From assembly GCA_964016885.1 (NCBI GenBank), contig OZ024741.1:124620001-124684000 (forward strand): a stretch of DNA of 64,000 nucleotides, in the 5' to 3' direction. The notes below the pieces were generated by a model. That model was not told where the DNA came from, did not search any database, and worked only from the letters and a program-made list of their open reading frames with translations. The stretch comes from Eledone cirrhosa. Taxonomy: Eukaryota. This document shows, piece after piece, positions 24,531-35,087 of the stretch (positions are counted from its first letter, which is position 1; each line of letters starts with the position of its first letter). The translations under genes were made by a program, and so were the position numbers.

Positions 24531-25619
24531 ACCCTAACCGATAGTACGAACTATACGCGGATAATTTACGTCATGATGTGGTAGCTAATTATATTTTATG
24601 TTTATACTATTACTTATTTGTATAGGTAAGTATATATTACCTGTATGTTTTGTGAAGGTACGTATACTTTGTATACTTGCTCTTACGCATATTTGCCTGT
24701 ATATGTTATAGGTGTATATATTATGAGTACCTTAATTACTGTGGTTACCCCCGATTGAACCCGGGATATGTTTTAGTGGTTAGAGACATGGATTCACATT
24801 AGTGGATTCACTCAGCTGGAACAAATGGGTTGCGGCGTCACTGGTGCCAAACTGTATCGGATTTTACCTTTCCTTGGACAACATCGGTGGCGTGGAAAGG
24901 GACGATTGGTGTGTAAGGGCGACTGCTGGTCTTCCACAAAACACGTTATCCAGCCTTGTACCTCGTAACCGAGTTTCCTAGGTACAAAATCCGTGCTCAT
25001 TAGTGACCAAAGGGATTCTAACGGCCGATGGCTATGGAGTTTTGTGTCTTTCGTTTGTATTTTTTTAATAATTTTGTTTAAGGTTTCCTCTAAAAAAATT
25101 TTTTTCGATTTGCTTTGTTTCCGTTCGTTGTCTTGTCATCCCATTGTTATCTTTCTTAAGTTTATCAATACTAAATTGACGTACGTGTTATCTCTTCTCC
25201 AAACATGTATTGCAATGACTTACATTTTTAATACAGTATCTTGCTTTCTTCTTGCTTTTTCTTCTTTTCTTTTTTTCTTCCTTTTTTCTTTTGTTTCATT
25301 CATGACTCTCGTTATATAAGAGCCACCACATATTTTTCCCTGACATCACATGAAATTCTATGTGTACTTGTTATGGATTAATTGTAATAAATTAAAGTTT
25401 TGTCTCTCGTCTCTTACCCCAGTGGACAATGTTTGGCTAGTGTCAGACACTGTGACACCGTGTGGACCAACGATACCGTTGGTAGGGATCGAAACTGTCA
25501 AAGTCCATCTCAACGGCAGATGACATTGGAATTGTGTGCCCTTGAAAAATTGTTTTTTGTTTCGCAGTGTTTCCGTTCGTTGTCTTGTCCTATCTTTGTT
25601 AACGTTCTTAAGTATATAT

Positions 25620-25780
25620 ATATATACATGTGTGTGCGTGTGTGTGTTTGTGTGTTTGTCTGTCTTTATATGTGTGTGTCTGTGCATGTGCATGTGTGTG
25701 TATATGTGTGTGTCTGTATCTGTGTGTGAGTGTGTGTGCCTGTGTGTGTATGAGGAGTGTGTGTGTCTGTGTGTGTGTGT
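25620..25780. repeat. Degenerate (GT)n microsatellite
   Basis: Direct inspection. Confidence 0.93.
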
Positions 25781-26667
25781 TTTACTATGATTATTATTAG
25801 AAACAGGACATGTTTAACTTGCTATAAGGAAAATACTAGCTCTGTTGAACAGAATAGAAGACCCTTGCTGACTCAGTACATATTGTTAATACCAAAATGT
25901 TGCCTAAGGCTTTAGATCTCCTACATGGCAATGTGATTCTAAATCGTGATTAGTATTTAATTTTTTCCATCTTTTGAAATCAAAGGAAAGGTACATGTAT
26001 GTATTTCATTTGCACGTGCAATATGCATGATTTACTTTGATATGTTTTTAATGTGAACGCCACAGGTCGGTTTCCTCATCAAATATTAGCTTACGCAATG
26101 CTTCAGTTAACGATACCAGTCATGATCACATTGGATATTCACTTACTCCAATACATTTTTTTCATGTATAACTGAATAGCTTAAGGTAATAATCAGTTGG
26201 CAACCTGCCTCATTTATCTATATCATTTGGATTAGTGTTTAATCTAAATGAAAATGTTGGAGGCGTATTAAGTATATTTCATTTCATTGAATCTCGATTT
26301 ACTGCTCAGAAGTTTTGAACAAAGTCACTAAGGACAAATGTTACAATCCTTAATAACATGAAATATAATCGCTACAGCAACACAATAATTCGTAGCAGGT
26401 CACAGCATGAATGGTGTTTATCTTTTTAGACTGTAATGTCTATCTTTATGGAAGTAGTGAAGTTACCTTTCATCCTTTCGAGGTCAATAGAAAAGTATCA
26501 GTCTATTACTGGAGTCGTTTCTTCCTTCATATCTCTTTCTCACACCATTTCTCTCACTCCCCTGTCCTTCCCTGGAAAAATTCTGGTGTGTCCAAACGTG
26601 GAGAGGAAATTGGTTACGCCAATTGCGGGTCCATACATATATAAATACATATATACATACATGCATA

Positions 26668-27535
26668 TAAAAATTGACCAATTAACAGAAAAAGTTGTGC
26701 ATGGATACTTGAGACGTAAAACACAGACCATAGAGGGGATAAACCACTCAAAAAGCCTGGCATGGAGTTCCGACAAGTTTATGACATCACACCTTGAGGG
26801 ATATCACTATGCAATACAGGAACAAGAACTCCCTACCAAATATATGCTACACAAAAGAGGAGGGCCAGCAGCTGACAATAAATGTAGGCTATGTAAAACA
26901 AAGATCGAGGATGTAAGCTACATTGTTGCCAGCTGCGAAAGAATGTCATCTCGCTACTACCTCCCCATGAGACACGATGGGATAGCTAGAACTATCTGGA
27001 ACGCACTTCGGAAAACAAAATTAACAACAAACGAGGAAGAATATATTGAGACAGATGGCACTAAGGAATACTGGTGGAACCTGAAAATAAAAACTGCCAC
27101 CAAATTAAAGTACAACCGGCCTGATATTGTTGTTTGGGACCACACATTGAAAACGTGTTCTGTTGTGGAGATCAGCTGCCCACTTGATGTAAACGTTGTC
27201 AGAAAAATACAGGAGAAGGGGGACATCTACGGACCATTGATGAGGAGTTTACAAATCCAGTATCCAAGATACACCTTTAGCTTCATACCCATCATTATTG
27301 GAGCTACGGGTTATATACCAACCCGCTTGGACCAAAGTATGACTGAACTTGGATTTGCGGACAAAAAGCGCAGCTCCCTAATTCATAGTCTACAAATGGC
27401 TGCGATAGCTGGCACCTTCAAAATTTGCAAAACATTCTTGCGATTCAAGGGATGACAATTTCTTTTCTTTTACAACCTTGCCACCAGGAAGGTGGCCGGT
27501 CAAAAAAAATACTCGAAATTAACAGAAAGAGATAA
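26668..27535 (+). mobile_element. 5'-truncated RLE non-LTR retrotransposon (zinc finger + endonuclease + 3' UTR), a family distinct from the Dong copy
   Basis: AIQEQELPTK, CRLCKTKIEDVSYIVASC, RHD, RPDIVVWD..EISCP..K...Y, PIIIGATG in open frame to 27455; (CATA)n-like tracts on both sides. Confidence 0.88.
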
Positions 27536-27557
27536 CATACATATATACATACATACA

Positions 27558-27875
27558 TGATGGCTGCCCCCTCTTTATTGAGTATGGCCATTGGACGATA
27601 TACCATTATTAATAAGTATTAATTAATTCTATCGTGCAATGCCTGTGCATGAAGATATTTTTTTAAGTGAGGAAAGACTGTACACTGAGCCAATCCCACT
27701 CTCTGAGCGACAGTAGCTATAACCCGAAATGAAGAAAAGATCAACATCATCGGTAACTACTGAGCCGCAGGTTTTATATTCGAGTTATCCCAGTTTTCTG
27801 GGTTGCCTTCTTCTATAAAAATGCCCTGACAAAGGCCAGGGCTCCTTCACTCCCAGTGATTTAACCGCGCGGTAC
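27558..27875 (-). repeat. Dispersed ~320 bp repeat, inverted homologue of 47715-48030
   Basis: Colinear similarity, e.g. CTCAGTAGTTACCGATGATGTTGATCTTTTCTT and GGGTTATAGCTACTGTCGCTCAGAGAGTGGG; orientation arbitrary. Confidence 0.8.
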
Positions 27876-28477
27876 AGGTGTATATATACATACTTACACA
27901 TTTTGAATGTCCGTTGACTCTTATAAATTCTTCCACCCATACATACATACTTACATACATACATACATAAAAAGAAGTTGTGAAGGCACATAATCTAATG
28001 TTAATAGTGCTGAAATAACGGGAATTCGATTCCTGGGCCGAGTTGGTAGTTTTGTTCTTGATCAATGCGCATAATTTCACGTTGCTTTTCAAATTTGGAT
28101 AATAAACCTACTATTTAAACAACACAAACATCTTCTTCTGACACACTATCTCATATGTAAGCAGCGATACGTACACAGTTCCCAATGTAAATTTAAACTT
28201 TCCATATATTTTCATATTGCGGGTAAATGTTCACTCGTTACCTCAACTACACTCAGTTTTGATGTATATTTCAATTTCAGCATATGACTTTTTTTGTGAT
28301 TACATCATAGAGTTTTTCTGATTTCATCATGGCGTAAAAATTAAAATAGAAATATAATCTATGCAGACAAATAATATATAGCAACGCATGGAAAGGTCTC
28401 CGGGAGTACTCTTCAAGCCATCAATTTATACAGAAGCATTGGATGCGCGTACATACCCTCCCAGGCATGCATTGTGT

Positions 28478-28508
<31 letters not shown>

Positions 28509-28884
28509 ATATATATATATAATATAATATATATAATATATATATAATATCGAAATGGCTTCTACAGGACTAGAACGAAGGTAAATATCAGGAGAGTCGA
28601 CTGTCAATGTGTTATTGAGGTGTTTATACATTTTCTGGTGGTAGGGGAAGGTATTGATTGGAATGGATGGAGGTGTTGGGATGATGGATTTAAAGAATGG
28701 GATTCTTTGAAAAAACTATACTTACAGGTGATACAGAATGATACAAATACAAGAACCCCCAATTTTCAAGGTTCATTTATTCTAAGCAAACAGTGTTTTT
28801 ATTAAGTGGCTGTATTAACATGCTGTGTTAAAGTCTGAAAAATGGTCAGGGGTTTACAATCACACACACACATACGCGCGCGCT

Positions 28885-28959
<75 letters not shown>

Positions 28960-29034
28960 CGAAGGAAATGTGGTAAGGAACCAGGTGGACCATAACGCAC
29001 CAAAGTACTCAATACTTGAGGTAGTAGAGATGTA

Positions 29035-29272
29035 TATTTATTAAAATAACAGATTAAAGTTTAAGCAAAGAATCGCTGCTTTCACCCTTAACGGGATCTT
29101 CTGAAACGGGAGTTTCAGAAGATCCCGTTAAGGGTAAAAGCAGCGATTCTTTGCTTAAACTTTAATCTGTTATTTTAATAAGTATTTGCTCTACGGTTCT
29201 TATACATTTGATATATAATTATCCTTATCGAGCCCTCCTTGGATTTTAGTCTTCAAATTTATTATTATTACT
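29035..29272. mobile_element. Fold-back of Penelope pLTR 3' portion with two F4 HHR-like motifs (~29058-29107 minus, 29111-29161 plus)
   Basis: Near identical to 22235-22397; inversion centre ~29109; ends in (TA)n. Confidence 0.85.
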
Positions 29273-29293
29273 ATATATATATATATATATTTA

Positions 29294-29324
<31 letters not shown>

Positions 29325-29385
29325 TTATTTATTTATTTATATATATATATATTTATATATATATATTTATATATATATTTATATA

Positions 29386-29692
29386 TAGAAATATTAAAAC
29401 AATGAAATAAAACACATAACTGTTAATTCATAGTAAAAGTCATTATTTTACGGTCGTTTCTTCAGAAAGATTATTTCTGAAGACGGCGGGTAGTGAAGAC
29501 GTATTTTTTTCTCACTATGATATTTTAGTGAAGACGTATTTTTTTCTCACTATGATATTTTGTAATATGTTTTACATAGATCAATAATTGAATGAACATG
29601 CAAGGAACTACCTCCCAGAAATGACCGTAAAATAATGAGTTTTACTATGAATTAACAGTTTTGTGTTTAATTTCATTTTTTTAATATTTCTA
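29386..29692. mobile_element. Fold-back HHR element, family F5
   Basis: Inverted arms 29386-29460 / 29618-29692. Confidence 0.75.
29471..29635 (+). ncRNA. Hammerhead motif F5 with ~135 nt stem II region
   Basis: Stem I UUAUUU/AAAUAA, CUGAAGA, GGUAGU...ACUACC, GAAA, (C/U)GACCG, GUA. Confidence 0.6.
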
Positions 29693-30659
29693 TTTTGACT
29701 CTGTATCCAATTGAATTATATCGTTGAAAATGTTTGTATTTTAAACTTTGCTTCACGACATCTACATACAGATTACTTTGAGTTCTTCATACGGATTAGA
29801 CCCTACCATTGAGTGGTAGATTTATCTGTGTTACCTGTATATATATACACACACACACATATATATATATACACACACACGCAATTATACACATACACAT
29901 ACGTACATACAGGCATACACAAACATACAAGTACGCTTACACAAGTATAAAAGGCAAGTAGGTAAAGAGTACTTACATAACCTCAATACTGGGAAGTGGA
30001 CCGAAAGAGAGCGTAGGTTGAGAGGAGGGAGTGGATGGGTATTTTTTTGAGTGAAATGTGTTTTGAAACTATCGTTCTGGGGGTGCAGAACTGGTTTGTT
30101 GGATGTATGCATTGCATAGATTTTGTGTATGCTATTCGGGCAGTGTTCAGACAGTTTGTTCAGTGTCGGGCCCTTGGCAAATAGTACTTCATGGCTCTCC
30201 TAAATACAAAGGTCGCAACACGTGTGTCCTCCTTTGTATGAGCGTACTCTCTGAAGTAGTTTCTATATTGAATAAGATGCAGATATTTCTCAATAGTCTA
30301 TGAAGCATCAATTCAATACATCAAAATATAAACACATTTTTCCTTAGAGACACACGTCAACTAAAAAAACTATGTCAATCACAACGAGCTAATGATATTA
30401 CAAAATAAACAACGTCTTCAAATGTTTGATAATATCGATTATTAAAAGATGATTAAATGTTCTATTTTACTCTTAAGTGTATTAGCTGAAATGTAATTCT
30501 TTCAATCGTTATGATATTAAATTTACAAAAATTTAAAAACAATGATATATATGAATATTTAAGATCGACAACAACATCAACAACAAAAACAGTTATGTTA
30601 ATGATGATAAAAATAATGAAGATAATTATGGTGGTTATGATTTTATTATTATTTATTGG

Positions 30660-30862
30660 TAGGATCGATAGAACATCGGAAAATATGCTTCGTGGCATTG
30701 AGTAACATCCCTTTACGTTCTGAGTTCAAATCCCACCGACGTTAGTTTTGCCTTTCATCATTACGGGGTTGATAAATAAAGCGCCAGTAATGCACTGGGA
30801 TCGATTTAAACGACTTTCCCCTCGCCCCCAAATTCCTGGTCTTGTGCCTATAGTAGAAAACT
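30660..30862 (+). mobile_element. tRNA-derived SINE, diverged copy
   Basis: GAGTTCAAATCCCACCGA, CCTTTCATCATTACGGGGTTGATAAAT, CTTGTGCC..AGTAGAAA. Confidence 0.75.
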
Positions 30863-30959
30863 AATAACCATTATTATTATTATTATTACTTTACATTCAG
30901 TCTGATAATAAACCTGTAGGAGCTGATCATATCAAATGACCAAAATTATGCAGTTCCAC

Positions 30960-31440
30960 ATCGACCACTACATATATAGTACCCTTCTCATATCTCTGGC
31001 CGTTCCCGTAAGTGCAATCTCTTACAACTCTACAGATTTAAACACTAATCTTTGAAATCTAAGTTTACAATTTCTTTATCACAACACCAAGACCTCTAAC
31101 ATCACCCAGAATGACGTCCATCTTATTTGATTTTCCAACTCAGGTTATTTCATGTCTTAGGGATTTATATTTTTCCTTTTTCTCTTCCTTTTTCCAACTT
31201 GTCATCGCTAGGTACCACTATGTCAAGCAAGAGACAACATATTCCTTGTCTACCAGTAATACGTCAGATCTTTTTGCTGTGATATTCTCATCACATTGTA
31301 TGTTGAAATCCCATAAAATGTTCACACTTTCATTTTCCTGCACGGCATCAGGCTTATGTTCATACCATATTGGGGATCTCTCCAGTTGCCAATATGTTAA
31401 TCTAATAAAGTCAAGACATAGATAATTAACTTTCTTACAG
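30960..31440 (-). pseudogene. Degenerate RLE 3' fragment
   Basis: Minus strand WYEHKPDAVQENESVNILWDFNIQCD..ITAKRSDV. Confidence 0.7.
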
Positions 31441-31479
31441 TGATAGTGTTCATCTCAGTATGAGTGCCGTACCAGTTAA

Positions 31480-31950
31480 AATAAGTGTTTGCATTTCTTG
31501 CTGTTATGGTAAGCCAGAGTTCATTCTAAAATAATTATCTGATCCTTTTTTTATCATTCCTAATGCTCCAACAATCATTGGTATTGTAACTAACTTGAGA
31601 TGCCACATTAGTTTCTCTATTTCAACCAACAGGTTTTATATTTTATGAGCTTGTCAAATTCTTCGTCCGCAATATTGTGATCACGTGGGACGATCATATC
31701 AAATATAAACGCACTTTGTTATTCTGGTCTTTTACAATAATATCCTGTATGTTGGATTTGATGGTTCTGTTTGTATATACAATAAAGTCGAAAAGAATCG
31801 TCACATTTCCCCACTCTGTTACAGCCTCTGAATGCTGTGTATACCACTTGTCAGAAATTTGGAATGTATAATGCTGACATATTAACAAGTGTAGATATTG
31901 GCCAACTTTATACTTTACTGATACTAAAACTTTACATTCAGAGATAAAGG
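31480..31950 (-). pseudogene. Degenerate RLE 3' fragment (second family)
   Basis: LICQHY..KWYTQH..ILFDF..TNRTIKSNIQDIIVKD; WHLKLVTIPMIVGAL. Confidence 0.7.
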
Positions 31951-31974
31951 GGACGACAGTTTTTATTATTATTG

Positions 31975-32865
31975 TTTATGAGTCTCAGTCATTGATGTTA
32001 TTTAACTGGAAAGTTTTTTGAAATGAATATCAAGCCGCTACCTGCAGCCTCAGATATTCAGGACGTATGGGAGGGTTCTTGCTGTTCCCAGCAAGCATGC
32101 CAATTGAAGTGTTCTAAAAAGTGAGGTTGGACTAATCTTCTTTAACCATCCTTGGAAACTCTTTGAGAAAGTACCTAGTGCGCCTATAACAATCGGGACG
32201 ACCTTGATTTCATGGCAGTTCCATGTCCTTTTTAACTCCCATTTTAAATCCTGGTATCGGTTAATTTTCTCCCTGTCCTTTTCTTGCACTCTCGTGTCAA
32301 ATGGGCAGGCTACATCTTTTTTTCCTTGTCCAAAACCACCAGGTCAGGCCTATTGTGTTCTAATTTTTTGTCCACCTCTATCCTAAAATCCCACAGTACC
32401 TTCATCTGATCGTTTTCTATCACCGACTCTGGCTTATACTCATACCACTTCTCAGAATGTGGTAAATTGTTTACTTTGCATAGATGCCAGTGGATCACCC
32501 TGCCTATCACATCATGTCTCCAGCCTTTATAGTGAGTCTGGGCTAAGTGTTTACACTCGGATACAATGTGAGCCACAGTCTCCTCTCTCTCTCCACAGAT
32601 CCTACAGAGTGAGCTAGCCTCCTCCTTGTAAATATGGTGTTTCACCCACTTCGTTCTGACGACTTGCTCTTGCGCAGCCATTAGCATTCCTTCTGTAGCT
32701 TTTTGAAGGTCTCCTCTTTTTAACCAGTTCCTTGTCTGTGGATCTCTAAATTCCGTTTTCTTAAAGAAAGTAATATGAAGGGACTTTTTCATGAAGGTTG
32801 CTCTTCCTCCTTATTGTTATTTCCTCCTTGGACATCCCCTGGTCTATTGTCTTCTCCGTCAGTAC
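31975..32865 (-). mobile_element. 5'-truncated RLE retrotransposon (third family)
   Basis: TEGMLMAAQEQ, CRICGEREETVAHIVSEC, RHD, LWDF, NRPDLVV, KINRYQDL, VPIVIGALG; (TAA)n at its 5' side. Confidence 0.88.
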
Positions 32866-33095
32866 TATTTATTATTATTATTATTATTATTGGTCTAATC
32901 AGACGTATTTTGCTCGCTCCCAATAAGTCGCTTTATTTGTCTGTTAAAATTATTTGTTGTTAAATATTTCTTGTTGTGTAAGGGATATAATCCCTTAGAC
33001 TTTGCCCTGTGAAGGGGAAAGTATAATATTTGGGCCTTTTGGCCCAAATATTTGAACTTTTTTACATGTTAAAAAATTTACGGAGAAAAAAAAAC

Positions 33096-35055
33096 ATGGC
33101 TGAGCCACGCCCCCAGGGATAGGTCTGCTGTCGTGCGAAAACGACGTAGAAGTTGAGAGGAGCGCTACAGCGAAATTAACACAAATTGATAACACAAACA
33201 CCACCACAAACAATGTAAACAAAAACACCAATGATACCAATGAGAAAACTAATTTTGAAAAAAAATGATAGTAACAGCGACAACGAAAATACAGATAACA
33301 AAAAAAAAAAAAATATAACAAATGCAACAGCACTATCAACACCACTAATATGAAAACAAATAGCGACAACACCAACAGCAACAATACCAACGGTGGCAAC
33401 AAAGACAACAATGATAACAGCAACACCAAAAAGAACAACGACAACGACAACACCCCCAACGAAAACAAGAAGAACCCTATCGTTGCGGCAGCAGCAAAAA
33501 AGAGGCCATGCCTCAACATGGACCTCTCAAACAAAGATGAAAAGTTGGCTTAGGCATGGAAGCTCATCAAGCAAGAGCAAACCTGCGCCAACTTAACTGT
33601 CCCGGTAGAAGCTATTGAGGCAGTGGAGCGCAGAACGGTGCATTATAGATGCATCACAGCACAAACCTAAAGGGTAGCTTTAATCCCACAAGAAGATGTC
33701 GAAGTCGCGCAGAGGTGCATCAGAGAAGACACCGAATACATAGAGAGGGGCAGACAGTACGGCACCATTTCGGTGTTGTTCAAGTCAGAAGCCCTCGCTA
33801 TGAAAGACGCTATGACTCCTTGCAAAACCAGCAAGGGCATAATGTACCCCTGCCACATGGGAAAAAGAACGGCCCGTCTCCGCATTCCCAGAATCCCACC
33901 AGGACTTGACATGTGGTGGCTTCTGGGATGTGTGATTGTGGCGGGGACGGATACCGTCTCTATAGAAGTGACCAGAACGGCCAGAGAGGACTGGTCCGGG
34001 GTTGACCTGGAGATCCTTCTCCAGATCAGGCCCGAGAATGTGAAGACAATCCCGGACCACATCCGCCTTCAGAATGGGACGGTCATTCACATTATGACCG
34101 AAGGCAAAAGGCCGCAGTGTTTTGTTTGTGGGGGAAAAACACATTTGCGAGCCTTCTGCCCTCAACTACTGAAAGAGGCAAGGGGTCGAAAGGCTCCACT
34201 GCTACCGACGCCGGGGCGAGGACCACAACCAACACCAGCACCGGCAAAACCACCAACAACAACAACACCAATAGAAATACCACCACCAACATTGACCACC
34301 CAGGGGGAAAACGAGGAAAGCTGTCAAATTCCCCTCCCCCCCCAAAATACACACACCAATAAAACCATAAACATACATACAGACACACTTACAGACACAG
34401 ACGCCTCATCTACTAGTAGTGAAAATGAGGGAAACCCAAATCCCCCAAAATACAAAAAAGGAAACACAAAAAGAAAAAAAAACTCAACAAAGCACAAAAT
34501 CACCCACAATAAAAAAATGCAGGCAACACCCACGCAAACATCTCTCCAATAACACCAACATCAACACCACCATCACCATCACCAGAATCCCCCAAACGCA
34601 AACAACCGAAACAGACGCAAGAACAAATATACACACAAACATCTGAAACCACAGACACCGCACTCACAACAAACACAGACACAACCGAAACAACACCACC
34701 AAAACCTTCAGCACCAGAGCCACGCAAACAAATAAAATCACACCAACAAAACATACAAAACTTCGTGCTCATCAGGAGGGCCAACAAGGAACTGATGGCC
34801 ATCGTAGCACGAAGTGAAAATATACAAAAAGAGGGGTAAATTTCTAAATCGAGCACATTTCGCGTGCCAAAAGATTTGGTTCTGTGCGAATGTCGATCGA
34901 ATTATTACAAAGAAATACGAGACAGCTTTCCTCGGGACGTGGGAACCCCGAACGTAAAACCAACTTCAAGACTTTTAAAGGGGTTCCCAAAAGAAACCCC
35001 ACCAACTATGGAGGTCGAACAACCCGACCTTCACAAGAGCCTGGAAGGTAGGTAA
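33096..35055 (+). pseudogene. Tx1 ORF1, disrupted
   Basis: EGKRPQCFVCGGKTHLRAFCP zinc knuckle; homologous to ORF1 of A and C; start position approximate. Confidence 0.78.
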
Positions 35056-35087
35056 ACCTTTCCTCTCTCTCTTTTTATCCTGCCAAC

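Larger units (their letters stand above)
21790..24540 (+). mobile_element. Penelope-like element: inverted terminal piece + pseudo-LTR + 5'-truncated RT/GIY-YIG ORF (3' boundary uncertain)
   Basis: 21790-21850 is an inverted copy of 22333-22397; pLTR has a ~130 bp internal duplication and an HHR-like motif; the same terminus recurs at 587-655 and 29035-29272. Confidence 0.85.

Noticed and set aside
26436-26667. N-terminal part of the 339-aa ORF as a chimeric host gene
   Set aside because: Frame simply stays open through flank and microsatellite upstream of a truncated RLE element.
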